Shown here: positions 29,666-39,996 of the stretch, one piece after another
Layout: the number at the start of each line of letters is the position of its first letter
How positions within the stretch are numbered: position 1 is the stretch's first letter
Program-made: the position numbers and the translations under genes
NCBI GenBank assembly: GCA_963665815.1
Contig: OY762463.1
Location: 224,001-288,000, forward strand
DNA: 64,000 bases
Source: Candidatus Cloacimonadales bacterium
Lineage (GTDB): Bacteria > Cloacimonadota > Cloacimonadia > Cloacimonadales > JAIOQZ01
Reading direction: 5' to 3'
Notes under the pieces: generated by a model
What the model was told of the DNA's origin: nothing
The model's database searches: none
What the model saw: only the letters and a program-made list of their open reading frames with translations

Positions 29666-30339
29666 TGAATATTCTCGCTATTGATACATCATCAATGTCC
29701 GGAAGTGTAGCTGTTGGTAGCTACGAAAAACTGGTAAACCTCTCGTATCTGGACCTCAAATCCACACATTCCGAAAGGCTTATGCCTCAGATAGATTCCT
29801 CTTTGAAAGCTTCAGGGCTTACTATTGAAGATATTGGCTGTATTGCTGTTGTAACTGGTCCCGGTTCTTTTACAGGGCTCAGGATCGGACTGGCTACCGC
29901 TAAAGGCTTGTGCGTTGCCAGAAAAATCCCACTCGTTGCAGTAAGGTCACTTGATGTCCTGGCATTTCAGGTTACGGGTGTAGAAAAGCCTGTTATCGCC
30001 TGTATTGATGCCAGAATGGGGGAGATCTATGCTGCAGTTTACGATAAAAGCATGAATTACTTAATCGAACCGGATAATTTTAAACCAGATGTCTTCACAA
30101 AAAAATGCATAGAATTGGATGATACGTTCTATGCTGTTGGTTCCGGATTGATGTTGATAAAAGATGAGATGAAACTTGTGGAAGGTGCAATGCATCAGAA
30201 CATAATTATGGCATCATCGTTGATAAGCTATATGAAGCATAAAGGGCTTAAACCTGTATATAATCCTGATTTTGTGGCATTAGTTGAGCCTGAATATATG
30301 CGTAAATCTCAAGCTGAATTGAATTTTAAGAAGAGTTAG
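29665..30339 (+). CDS. tsaB: tRNA threonylcarbamoyladenosine biosynthesis protein TsaB
   Basis: MNILAIDTS, HSERLMP, GPGSFTGLRIG, IDARMGEIY, PEYMR. Confidence 0.95.
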   Translation: MNILAIDTSSMSGSVAVGSYEKLVNLSYLDLKSTHSERLMPQIDSSLKASGLTIEDIGCIAVVTGPGSFTGLRIGLATAKGLCVARKIPLVAVRSLDVLAFQVTGVEKPVIACIDARMGEIYAAVYDKSMNYLIEPDNFKPDVFTKKCIELDDTFYAVGSGLMLIKDEMKLVEGAMHQNIIMASSLISYMKHKGLKPVYNPDFVALVEPEYMRKSQAELNFKKS

Positions 30340-30363
30340 TCTGTTTAAAATTTAAGATTCAGT

Positions 30364-31257
30364 CTATTTTATATATTTCTTAATATCTTTTGCCAGAATA
30401 GAAGAAAATTTCTTTGCACCTGTATGATTCAGATGTAGCTCATCGTAAAAGTATTCCTGTTTCTTCATGTAATCGTATTTACCATTATTATAGTCAAGTA
30501 GAGGGATGTTGTACTTTTTTCTGTATTCTGTGAACTTTTCAGGATAATCATTTTTATCAAAATAGTATATAGGAGCATCAACAAAAATTAGATTTATATC
30601 ATTATCTCTACATATTTTCATTGTATATATGAATTCATCAACTATTTCTTCTTTATATACATGAGGTGAGGTTACAGTTTCTGGGACTTCAGGAACAAGG
30701 GTTCCTGTCATTGGGCTGAAACCTTTTGTCCTCATTATATCTTGAGCTAAAAACTTCTCTTTGAGGATATAGAATATTTTTGAGTTATACTTTAGTGATT
30801 TTAAGATAAGATACATTCTATTCTTTGAGTTCAGCTTCAGTAGTCTCTCTTTAATAATTGGGTGATCATATATGACAGACAGCTTGTCGAAGCCTGAATC
30901 AATCTCTACATTACAGGAAGATCTTCTTACAGTCATAACAAGATTCTCAGGTATGTAACCTTTATCAATCATATACATAAGTGCACTGTTCTGAGAGTAT
31001 ATACTTATTCCATTCACTCCGGTGTTTAATACTGAAATGTTTAGTTCTTTTTCAAGAGTATCCGGGATCAGGTGCTTATATATGCGAGAATTACCATGCA
31101 GAAGCAAATCGGGTTTTGACTCTATTGCAGCAAAATATTTTCCACAGTATTTTCCATTCCTTGCTGAAAGAGCCATACGATTTAAAGGAATTGAAACAAT
31201 ATTATCAATAGAAACTACTATTATCACAAGTATAACAATCTTAACAAACAGTTTCAT
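30364..31257 (-). CDS. Membrane-anchored SGNH/DltD-like acyltransferase partner
   Basis: N-terminal TM; HGNSR, NTGVNG, FYDELHLN (DxxH); likely start 31257 right after the MBOAT stop. Confidence 0.75.
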   Translation of the reverse strand: MKLFVKIVILVIIVVSIDNIVSIPLNRMALSARNGKYCGKYFAAIESKPDLLLHGNSRIYKHLIPDTLEKELNISVLNTGVNGISIYSQNSALMYMIDKGYIPENLVMTVRRSSCNVEIDSGFDKLSVIYDHPIIKERLLKLNSKNRMYLILKSLKYNSKIFYILKEKFLAQDIMRTKGFSPMTGTLVPEVPETVTSPHVYKEEIVDEFIYTMKICRDNDINLIFVDAPIYYFDKNDYPEKFTEYRKKYNIPLLDYNNGKYDYMKKQEYFYDELHLNHTGAKKFSSILAKDIKKYIK

Positions 31258-31258
31258 A

Positions 31259-32704
31259 CTAGAATTGGAAATAAATGAACTGGGAATCATTTAATACTCC
31301 TAAGAAAATAATTGCAAAAATACCGAAAATATAAATCATCCATCTGGTTATCAAGGATCTTTCTTTAAAGAACTTATCTAACCCTTTAAATCTTATAATT
31401 GAATCAACAGTTACTAACAATACAATTCCAAAAATATAGTATACCCATAATCTTGATTTAGCCCAGAAAGGAACATCAATCTGGAATTTAACAAGCTTGT
31501 AAATAATAGAAAAAGCATCATTAACAGTAACTGCTCGGAAGAAAATGAGCCCGAAGCAAAGCATTACAAATGTAATCAAACCTCGGATTATTGTCAGAGG
31601 ATATTCCATAGAATGTTTCCTCATAAATTTTGTGATTGCTTTTTTTCTTTTTCTGACAATTATATCAAAACAAAGATAAACACCTTGTATGATGCCCCAT
31701 ATAACGAAAGTCCAGTTTGCTCCATGCCATAATCCACTGATAGTGAATGTAAGCATTGTAACAGAAAGAATACGCCATAAGACAGGATTTTTCTCTATCA
31801 ATGGGAAATATATATAATCTCTGAACCAAGTAGTAAGAGAGATATGATTTCTTTTCCAGTATTCAGTAACATTTGTACTGAAATAAGGTGTTTTGAAGTT
31901 ATCCATCAAACTAAATCCCATGCTTCTGGCAGTTCCGATTGCAATATCAGAGTAGCCAGAGAAATCACAGTAAATTTGAATGGCAAAGAATATTGAAGCA
32001 ATTAACAAACTTACAGAATTATGATTATCGACATTAGAGTATATAGGTTCAATATAAGTTGCTAGTCTGTCCGCAATAACTACTTTTTTTATCATACCCC
32101 AGAGTATAAGTCTGAAACCGCTGATTGCTCTTTGACTATCAAAAACCTTTTCTTTACTAAATTGGGGTAAGAGGTGTGAGGCTCTCTCAATTGGACCTGC
32201 GACAAGTTGTGGGAAAAAACTAACAAAAGCGAAAAAATCAATAATACTGTCTGTAGGTTCAAATTCTTTTTTATAAATGTCTATTGTGTAGCTAAGTGTC
32301 TGGAATGTATAAAAACTAATTCCTACCGGTAGTATTACATTCATCCTATTGAATTGAATTTCTTTGCCTAAAAAAGTAAAAGCTGTACAAAAACTTTCAA
32401 TAAAGAAGTTGAAGTATTTGAAGTAAAGTAGCATACCCAGATTAACAAACAAGCTTATCAGTAATAGTATTTTTCTTTTCCTTTGCTCTGGGGTTGCAAA
32501 AAGAACTTTACCAATATGAAAATCCAGATATGAGCTGATAACGATTAAGATTAGAAATCTCCAATCCCACCAACCATAAAAAATGTAACTGGCAATTACA
32601 AGAAAAGTGTTTCTCATTTTTATACTTGTTCTATTAGAAAAGTACCAGTACAAAATAAATACTATCGGAAAAAAAATTAGAAATTCAATTGAATTGAATA
32701 ACAT
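31259..32704 (-). CDS. MBOAT family O-acyltransferase (AlgI/DltB/PatA-like)
   Basis: MLFNS, LPVGISFYTFQ, FFPQLVAGPIER, IYCDFSGYSDIAIG, SGLWHGA, FIYFQF. Confidence 0.95.
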   Translation of the reverse strand: MLFNSIEFLIFFPIVFILYWYFSNRTSIKMRNTFLVIASYIFYGWWDWRFLILIVISSYLDFHIGKVLFATPEQRKRKILLLISLFVNLGMLLYFKYFNFFIESFCTAFTFLGKEIQFNRMNVILPVGISFYTFQTLSYTIDIYKKEFEPTDSIIDFFAFVSFFPQLVAGPIERASHLLPQFSKEKVFDSQRAISGFRLILWGMIKKVVIADRLATYIEPIYSNVDNHNSVSLLIASIFFAIQIYCDFSGYSDIAIGTARSMGFSLMDNFKTPYFSTNVTEYWKRNHISLTTWFRDYIYFPLIEKNPVLWRILSVTMLTFTISGLWHGANWTFVIWGIIQGVYLCFDIIVRKRKKAITKFMRKHSMEYPLTIIRGLITFVMLCFGLIFFRAVTVNDAFSIIYKLVKFQIDVPFWAKSRLWVYYIFGIVLLVTVDSIIRFKGLDKFFKERSLITRWMIYIFGIFAIIFLGVLNDSQFIYFQF

Positions 32705-32825
32705 TTAGACGTCCCCTGATTAAAATAATGAGCATCTCTAAATATGCTCAATTCAAGGTTTGAATGATGTTGAATTATGTCAAATAAAATATGAGATGAA
32801 TCATTGAGATATCATGAAGGTTATG

Positions 32826-32854
32826 AAAAAAAGACTGCATTGAAAGCAGTCTTT
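32826..32854 (-). terminator. Intrinsic terminator of pfkA
   Basis: AAAGACTGC/GCAGTCTTT stem with an A7 tract on the plus strand (U tract on minus). Confidence 0.75.
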
Positions 32855-32876
32855 AATAAAGATTTACATTGAGAAT

Positions 32877-33995
32877 CTATGAATAAATCACCGGAATTTC
32901 ATCTCCGAGGCAAACACCAAGTCCTCTTGCTGTTTTTATTATGTTTGATTCAGGATCAATGAAATTGTAATTTTTTATAGCTTTTTTCAATGGTACGGCA
33001 ACAATGTTAGGATGCTTGTAAGCAACCATTTTACCAAAGTCTTTCTGCATTACAAGTTCAAATGCCTTAACACCGAATTGAGTTGCAAGAACTCTGTCAT
33101 AAGCACATGGTGTTCCTCCACGTTGGAGGTGACCAAGTATTGATACTCTGGTGGATGCCTGAAGACCGGCAGCTTTAAGTTCTGCATTAAGTCTGTTAGC
33201 CGCTCCCTTAAGAATAAGATTCTGATATCCGACTTCATTGCTGGATTCAAAAGAAAGCTCGCCGCCAATCGATTTTGCTCCCTCTGCAATTACTATGTTG
33301 CAGAAACCAACACCGCTGTCGTATCTTCTGCGGATTACTTCAAGGACTACTTCTATGTCATATGGTACTTCAGGAATAAGACATATTTCAGCTCCACCTG
33401 CAATTGCAGCGTAAATAGCAATCCAGCCTGCAGATCTTCCCATAACCTCCAGAATCATAGTTCTGTTATGACTTTCTGCAGTGGATACAAGTTTATCAAC
33501 AGCATCGGAGGCAATTTCTACGGCAGTCTGAAATCCAAATGTGAAGTCTGTTGACTGCAGGTCATTATCAATTGTCTTTGGAACTCCAATAATATTACAG
33601 CCTTTCTCATATAGTATCTGAGATATCCTCTGAGAACCATCACCACCAATGTTAATCACGGCATCAAAGTTATGTATCTGCAGCTTCTTGACAAGTTCAT
33701 CAGTTCTGTCAACTTCACCCCAGGATCCATCACTTTTTTTAACTGGCCAGTGAAGAGGACCACCTTTATTAGTAGTACGAATAATAGTTCCACCCTTTAC
33801 ATGAATACCGCTGACTGCTTCAAGATTTAGATCGACCAGATTCATTGGTTCTGTAAGAAATCCATTAAAAGCCTCTATTGAACCAACAACCTCCCAGTCT
33901 CTTTCTAAGGAAGCTCTCTTTACGATTGCCCTGATAACAGCATTTAATCCGGGACAGTCACCCCCGCCGGTCAGAACCAGAACTCTTTTTTTCAT
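32877..33995 (-). CDS. pfkA: 6-phosphofructokinase (group III type, probably ATP-dependent)
   Basis: TGGGDCPGLNAVIR, GGDGS, PKTIDND, EVMGR, LGHLQRGG. Confidence 0.93.
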   Translation of the reverse strand: MKKRVLVLTGGGDCPGLNAVIRAIVKRASLERDWEVVGSIEAFNGFLTEPMNLVDLNLEAVSGIHVKGGTIIRTTNKGGPLHWPVKKSDGSWGEVDRTDELVKKLQIHNFDAVINIGGDGSQRISQILYEKGCNIIGVPKTIDNDLQSTDFTFGFQTAVEIASDAVDKLVSTAESHNRTMILEVMGRSAGWIAIYAAIAGGAEICLIPEVPYDIEVVLEVIRRRYDSGVGFCNIVIAEGAKSIGGELSFESSNEVGYQNLILKGAANRLNAELKAAGLQASTRVSILGHLQRGGTPCAYDRVLATQFGVKAFELVMQKDFGKMVAYKHPNIVAVPLKKAIKNYNFIDPESNIIKTARGLGVCLGDEIPVIYS

Positions 33996-34099
33996 ATATA
34001 ACCTCGCAAAATATCATAAATTTTTATGAATATATAAATTAGTATACGTTAATAATGTACAGTTGATAAGGAAAGTGTCAATTTTTTAAAATTGTAGGA

Positions 34100-35467
34100 T
34101 CAGATAATCTGTTCTTCTTCAACAGGTAAGTTTTCTGCATAAAAGAGAAAACGGTTTTTCCCTGCCTGTTTTGCTCTGTACATGGCAAGGTCAGCATTGT
34201 TTATCAGATTGATAACGTTGTCAGTATCATCAGGATAAATACTTATTCCAAGAGATGCGGAAACATGAATATCCTGCTGCTGAATCATATAATTCTTTGA
34301 TACATCATTGATAATACGGTTTGCAATGTGTTGGGTATTTATCCGCTTTTTTACATCCGGAAGAATAATAGCAAATTCATCACCACCGAGCCTGGCAACA
34401 GTATCAACTTTACGAACAGCACTTTTGAGACGTTCTGCAACATGTTTGAGAAGAATATCTCCCACATTATGTCCGTATGTATCATTAACTGCCTTAAAAC
34501 CATCAAGATCAATAAACATAACAGCAGTTTTGGTTTTAAATCGATTAGTCTGGGCTATTGCCTGATGAAGCCTGTCCTGGAAAAGTACTCTGTTTGGGAT
34601 ACCCGTGATAGCATCATGGTGAGCAATATGAAGTAATTCTGTCTCAAGTTCTTTACGTTCATGAATGTTTACTTGTGTTCCCACGATACGAATAGCCTCC
34701 CCGTCAGAATTCCATACAGCTTGGGCTCTGTATGCAAACCACATATATTCTTCGATTTTTGATTTTAATCTAATCTCTATATAAAAACTAACAACCTGTC
34801 TTTTGAGATATTTATCCAGTTCATCCTGGAATTTTTGAAGATCGTCTTCATGTATCAGACTATAAAAGTCTGCTTTAGTGTTTATTACATCTTCGTCATC
34901 ATATGCAAGAGCGTCTTTCCAGTGGGTGGAGAAGAACATCTCATCTGTTCTCAAGTTAAGATCCCAGATTCCCTCGTTAGTAGACTGCATGATAATTTTC
35001 CAGCGCTCTTCCAATGCATCAAGTTCTGTAGACGTCTCTTCATATTGTGTCTTCAGTTGATCTCTTTCCATTCTCAGTTTTTCTTCAGAAGCTTTCAGTC
35101 TCAGCATGGATTTTATCTGAGCAATAAGTTCAGCGATATGTACAGGCTTGTTAAGAAAAGTATCGGCACCAGCTTCAAGAGTTTTAATCTTGAGTTTACT
35201 TTGGGTATTCATCCCGGTGATTATTATTATTGGAATATATTGCGTCTCAGGATTTGCTCTTATAGCAGTACATAACTCAAGACCTGACTTATCCGGTAGA
35301 ATAAGATCAAGAAGAATCAATGATGGATTCTTGGTCATGACAAGTTCAAGTCCCAACATTCCTGTTGGAGCTGTAATAACTTCAATATCAGGCAAATATT
35401 CTTTTATTATATCACTGAATGTTTCAAGTATAAAGCGATCGTCGTCTATTATAAGTATTCTTTCCAT
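34100..35467 (-). CDS. Diguanylate cyclase, REC-PAS-GGDEF
   Basis: REC (IDDD, LLDLILP); PAS (GIWDLN); DLDGFKAVNDTYGH, RLGGDEF with RKVD I-site. Confidence 0.93.
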   Translation of the reverse strand: MERILIIDDDRFILETFSDIIKEYLPDIEVITAPTGMLGLELVMTKNPSLILLDLILPDKSGLELCTAIRANPETQYIPIIIITGMNTQSKLKIKTLEAGADTFLNKPVHIAELIAQIKSMLRLKASEEKLRMERDQLKTQYEETSTELDALEERWKIIMQSTNEGIWDLNLRTDEMFFSTHWKDALAYDDEDVINTKADFYSLIHEDDLQKFQDELDKYLKRQVVSFYIEIRLKSKIEEYMWFAYRAQAVWNSDGEAIRIVGTQVNIHERKELETELLHIAHHDAITGIPNRVLFQDRLHQAIAQTNRFKTKTAVMFIDLDGFKAVNDTYGHNVGDILLKHVAERLKSAVRKVDTVARLGGDEFAIILPDVKKRINTQHIANRIINDVSKNYMIQQQDIHVSASLGISIYPDDTDNVINLINNADLAMYRAKQAGKNRFLFYAENLPVEEEQII

Positions 35468-35826
35468 AACTTTTCACTAGTTTTTTCTTAAACATACTGA
35501 ATATACATTGTTTGTGTCAAGTTTATTATTGTGTCAACTTTGTTAAAGTTTAAAAATGATATGGTTATTGAGATAGACATCGCAGTTAAAAGGAATAAGT
35601 GAATAACTCTAACTGTCAGAAATAAAACGTATTACATGGTTAGTATGTATGCTATGTTATAAAATTGAATCAATTTCAAAAAAATGTTAAAAACATGATG
35701 AGATATTGAAAAAGATACCATATTTCACTACATATTAATAATAATTACACAAACCTTCATTTTACAGATAAAGACTTGACATTTTTAGTATCTTGCAATC
35801 GTATTTTCTGATGAATATAAACAGGA

Positions 35827-36219
35827 GTGAAAATGAACTCAGATAAATGTGGACATATATACGGAAATTCAAATAATCCAATTATTAATATGCTTAAAAT
35901 AAGGCTTTGCGACTATATTGAGGGGCATTTGCAAAATCCTGAAAATCTGAGACTTCTTGCCGGACAATACAGAATTGATTCTCAACCAGAAAATGAAACT
36001 AAGGATTTTGAGTTTTATGTACAGCTGGAAAAGCTTGTACAGCGTGGGATTAGCGAAGGTTTATTCAGGGATCAGAACGTTGATTCTGTAGTTCAGTTTT
36101 TGTGGGCTTCTGTGTTTGGACTTAGCTGCCTGCTTGTACTCAGACATGGATTCCCATGGCAGGATGATATTGTGGAATCATCTGTATCTCAGATGATAAA
36201 TTCTTTGCTTTCGTTGTAA
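35827..36219 (+). CDS. TetR-like C-terminal (WHG-like) domain protein without HTH
   Basis: LVQRGISEGLFR...LWASVFGLSCLL pattern; AGGAG SD; TTGACA at 35776. Confidence 0.5.
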   Translation: MKMNSDKCGHIYGNSNNPIINMLKIRLCDYIEGHLQNPENLRLLAGQYRIDSQPENETKDFEFYVQLEKLVQRGISEGLFRDQNVDSVVQFLWASVFGLSCLLVLRHGFPWQDDIVESSVSQMINSLLSL

Positions 36220-36234
36220 TTATTACAGAATGGA

Positions 36235-37137
36235 GTGCTCATGAATTTCAAAAAGATTCTTTTCTTTTTATCTTTTATTCTTGTCTATCTGATAGTAAAA
36301 GAAGCAATTATCTTGACCTCTGCATGCTTCGGAATCAATCAGTACTTTGGTTATGCTGTAGTAATGATTATCTTTGGATTTCTAATCTGGTTCGGAGTCA
36401 TCCCGCTTATGAAGATGCTCCGATACAAAGCTGTATTTTCTCCTGTAAGATCGGAAGGCCTGATTCAGGAAAATCTGCATCAGCGGCTTGTTCACCTGAG
36501 AGATAATCCTAAACTTGCAGTCATTGCTGAAGCAGGAGATTTATCAGGGATGGATTTGTATGATAAGTATATGGTTGAATTACATGTGCATACGGAAAAA
36601 ATCAGAAGCAAATACGTTTCCCGTTTATTTATGAGTACAGCTGTTTCACAGAATGGATTTCTTGATGCTGTTCTGATATTCTCTGCCAGTGTAAATCTGG
36701 TTAAAGAAATATTCAAATTGTATAATGGGCGTGTTAACAACAGGGATATTCTCGTAATATTTAAAAAGATATATTACTCAATCGCAATTGGTGGATCAGA
36801 AGGTGTCGAAATCGCTGCAAACGAAATCTATTCAAAGCTGGCAAATGAAAGTATTCGAAAAATTCCATTCCTGAACATGATTACAGGCTCCTTATGTGAT
36901 GGTTTTGTTAATGCAGCTCTTTTAACAAGAGTGGCATTAATCACAGAAAACTATTGCAGCAAAATTTATATCAACAGGGACAGAGACCTGTATCCATCTC
37001 CTACATTTATTGTGAAAACAACAAAACACATTGTGACAGGCAGTATGGATATGTTTAGAAAAGAAGAAGAGAATGGTCATAGTGTAAAATCAGTTTTTTC
37101 TCGATTCAGGACTTTACTGAAAGGGAAAGAAGAATAA
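36235..37137 (+). CDS. YcjF/DUF697-like membrane protein
   Basis: Two N-terminal TMs; TAVSQNGFLDA, IFKLYNGR, DGFVNAALLTRV. Confidence 0.65.
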   Translation: MLMNFKKILFFLSFILVYLIVKEAIILTSACFGINQYFGYAVVMIIFGFLIWFGVIPLMKMLRYKAVFSPVRSEGLIQENLHQRLVHLRDNPKLAVIAEAGDLSGMDLYDKYMVELHVHTEKIRSKYVSRLFMSTAVSQNGFLDAVLIFSASVNLVKEIFKLYNGRVNNRDILVIFKKIYYSIAIGGSEGVEIAANEIYSKLANESIRKIPFLNMITGSLCDGFVNAALLTRVALITENYCSKIYINRDRDLYPSPTFIVKTTKHIVTGSMDMFRKEEENGHSVKSVFSRFRTLLKGKEE

Positions 37138-37212
37138 ATTCTGATTTATGCACTAAATATGTATTTAGGAATATTTCTTGCAATATCTGAAGAAAACTTC
37201 TGAAGAGGACTT

Positions 37213-38112
37213 ATGAAAACAGTTGTAATAGTTATTGTTCTTGTATTAGTAATAATGGGTTCATTCCTGTTAATTGCAAACATTCTTGCGAATGATCCTG
37301 AGGAGATAGAAGTCTCGGAAGAAAAGAAACCGGTTAGTGGATCTGTAAGAGGATTTGTGAGATATGGTTTAGGTAAAGGTCATCCTCTGGAAGGAGTAGA
37401 AGTTAAATTTGGAGAGTTGAGTATGACTACCGGGATTGACGGATATTACAGCTTTAACAATCTCGCTGAGACTGAAGATAGATTGTATTTTTTTAAAGAA
37501 GATTATTATCACCTTCCCGAGGATGTAAAAGTGTATGGTGATACGGTAATTGTGAACATCAGCATGACGTCTGAAAAATATGTGAGGGATATTTCCGGAT
37601 TTATAAGAAATTTTGATAATAGCATACCGGTTTCCGAAGCAGAAATTATCCTTGAGTCTGAGAAAGCAGTTACTGATGATGAAGGTCGGTTTGAGCTCAG
37701 TGGAATTCCATTCAGTGCATATAGAGTCATAGTTAAACATAAGGATTTTCATTCCTATGATACTACAGGAGTAGTTATAAATAACAAATATGTGCCTGTT
37801 ACTTGTTATGTTAAACCTGGCAAACCTGTAATAAAATGGATCAAAGCAAGAACGTATCAGCTCAAGGAAGAAAATTATCATTGGACTCTGGATATTAAAA
37901 CAAAAGTGTTTGATCATGTTGGAATTAAGTATGTTTTCTGCACAGGAGTGTTTGTGGGGAATAATGAGGATTACAAACTATATTGTGAACCTGAAGAGAA
38001 TGGAGTGTATGCGCTTTTATATAAAGGATCTAGAAGATATAAACCACAATGGCTGCATGTTGTTGATGATGAAGATTTTGAAACAGTGGAAGAGATATTT
38101 TACGAGGATTAG
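37213..38112 (+). CDS. Membrane-anchored carboxypeptidase regulatory-like (Cna-B-like) domain protein
   Basis: N-terminal TM; two repeats of G.V....PL.GV.V...TGIDGYY / TDDEGRF. Confidence 0.65.
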   Translation: MKTVVIVIVLVLVIMGSFLLIANILANDPEEIEVSEEKKPVSGSVRGFVRYGLGKGHPLEGVEVKFGELSMTTGIDGYYSFNNLAETEDRLYFFKEDYYHLPEDVKVYGDTVIVNISMTSEKYVRDISGFIRNFDNSIPVSEAEIILESEKAVTDDEGRFELSGIPFSAYRVIVKHKDFHSYDTTGVVINNKYVPVTCYVKPGKPVIKWIKARTYQLKEENYHWTLDIKTKVFDHVGIKYVFCTGVFVGNNEDYKLYCEPEENGVYALLYKGSRRYKPQWLHVVDDEDFETVEEIFYED

Positions 38113-38221
38113 TGGTGGATTTACAGCTGATTCTCATGACACAATTTTGCATAATCAGTATTAAAAACAATTTACTGGACATTTTTGAAAGAGTTTTACG
38201 ATAGTCGCTTTTGAGGATGAT

Positions 38222-39382
38222 ATGAGTAAAAAAATATTCTGGCTTGCCGGTGAGAAATCCGGTGATATCCATGCTGCTGGAGCAATTGCTGCCTGTAATA
38301 GAAATATTTCTGATGTTGAACATATCGGGATAGGTGGTCCGGCAATGCAGGAACAGGGTCTGAAACCCATTTTTCAGTTTGATCGTTTTCAGGTAATGGG
38401 ATTTCTGGAAGTCGTGAAGCATCTGGCTTTTTTCCGGAATGTAGAGAAAAAGATACTACATAGATTCAAGACTGATCCACCTGATCTGGCTGTAATGGTT
38501 GATTATCCGGGATTGAACATGCGTATTGCCAGAATGGCTGAAGAACATGAAATTCCGGTACTCTGGTACATTTGTCCTCAATTCTGGGCGTGGAAGTTCA
38601 AAAGAATCTATAAATTAAGAGATTACACTCGTCACGTTGCCTGTATTCTTCCATTTGAAGAAGAAATCCTCAAACGACACAGACTCAATGCAACTTACGT
38701 TGGACATCCAATTGCTGAAGAAATAAAATTCGAGACAACTCGTGAGCAATTTGCAGTAAGATACAGCATTAATCATGAGAAACAATGGATAGGATTTTTC
38801 CCGGGATCAAGAGAAATGGAAATCAAACGGCTCCTTCCTGTTCATCTTGATGCAATTAAAAATATGCCCTCAGCTAATTATGAATTTCTTATTTCGAAAG
38901 CAGATTCTGTAAACTCTGATTTATTCTACAATATTTTAAAAGAGTCCGGGCTGGAGAACATTCATATTATTCTACAGGATAATTATGATATGATGAAGCA
39001 TTGTGATTTCCTGACAATAACATCAGGTACAGCAACAATTGAAGCTGCATACATCGGAACTCCTGCACTTATAACATATAAAGCAAACAGACTATCTTAT
39101 GAAATAGGGAAGAGGATAATCCGGATAGATAAAATCGGGCTTCCCAACATTATTATGGAAGAGATGGTTTTTCCTGAACTTATTCAGGATGATGCAAACG
39201 GAAGAAAAATAGCAGATACTATAATGCTTCATTTAAGTAAGAAAGAAATTCTTGATGAAACAAGAACACGTCTCAAAGAACTTCATAACATTCTCGGGGA
39301 CAGGAAAGCATCAAACACTGTTGCTGAGATTGCAGGGAAAATCCTGAAAAACAAAATGTGGATACCTGAATCAGATGTATAA
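38222..39382 (+). CDS. lpxB: Lipid-A-disaccharide synthase
   Basis: AGEKSGD, VDYPGLN, PQFWAWK, ILPFE, YVGHP, PGSR, SGTATIE, LPNII. Confidence 0.95.
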   Translation: MSKKIFWLAGEKSGDIHAAGAIAACNRNISDVEHIGIGGPAMQEQGLKPIFQFDRFQVMGFLEVVKHLAFFRNVEKKILHRFKTDPPDLAVMVDYPGLNMRIARMAEEHEIPVLWYICPQFWAWKFKRIYKLRDYTRHVACILPFEEEILKRHRLNATYVGHPIAEEIKFETTREQFAVRYSINHEKQWIGFFPGSREMEIKRLLPVHLDAIKNMPSANYEFLISKADSVNSDLFYNILKESGLENIHIILQDNYDMMKHCDFLTITSGTATIEAAYIGTPALITYKANRLSYEIGKRIIRIDKIGLPNIIMEEMVFPELIQDDANGRKIADTIMLHLSKKEILDETRTRLKELHNILGDRKASNTVAEIAGKILKNKMWIPESDV

Positions 39383-39980
39383 AGTAGGTTTGTTTTTTGT
39401 GAAATATCTCGGAGCAATGCTCGTCAAGTTAATGGGCATGTTCTGGCGATATGAGATTATCAATAAGAATCACAATGATCGTGTGTTATATCTGTTCTGG
39501 CACAGGAATATCCTTCCGCTTCTGTATTTACGCAGAGGAGAAGGTGTTGGTGTAATGATATCTTCCTCAAAAGATGGTGATTATGTTGCAGAACCTGCTA
39601 AGGTACTGGGATTCCGTCCAATACGCGGCTCAATAACCAGAGGTGGTGCAAAGGCTGCACGTGAGATGATTAAGTTTGCCAGAGAAAACAGTATCTGTAT
39701 TGTTCCTGATGGTCCGAAAGGTCCTGCCTGTAAAATTAAAAACGGCGCAGGGATTGTAGCATTATTGTCTGGACTTCCAATCATTCCGGCTGTCGTTCAC
39801 ATTGACAGGGAATGGGTTTTTAACTCATGGGATAGATTCCGCCTGCCAAAGCCATTCGCAAAGATTTATGTTGAGTATGGTAAAGAATATAAAATAGATG
39901 ATAAGAAAAAAATATCAGAAGTGTTGACAGAAATTGAAGCAGATATGAGCAAGACATTAGAAAAATATTCTACAAAATAA
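39375..39980 (+). CDS. DUF374 / lysophospholipid acyltransferase family protein
   Basis: FWHR, SSSKDG, IRGS, PDGPKGP, SWDRFRLPKPF. Confidence 0.85.
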   Translation: MYKVGLFFVKYLGAMLVKLMGMFWRYEIINKNHNDRVLYLFWHRNILPLLYLRRGEGVGVMISSSKDGDYVAEPAKVLGFRPIRGSITRGGAKAAREMIKFARENSICIVPDGPKGPACKIKNGAGIVALLSGLPIIPAVVHIDREWVFNSWDRFRLPKPFAKIYVEYGKEYKIDDKKKISEVLTEIEADMSKTLEKYSTK

Positions 39981-39996
39981 TATATACGAGGTAATT

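Noticed and set aside
37369..37917. 182-aa antisense ORF, and the many other 60-160 aa antisense/overlapping ORFs
   Set aside because: They shadow well-supported genes on the other strand or frame and have no motifs
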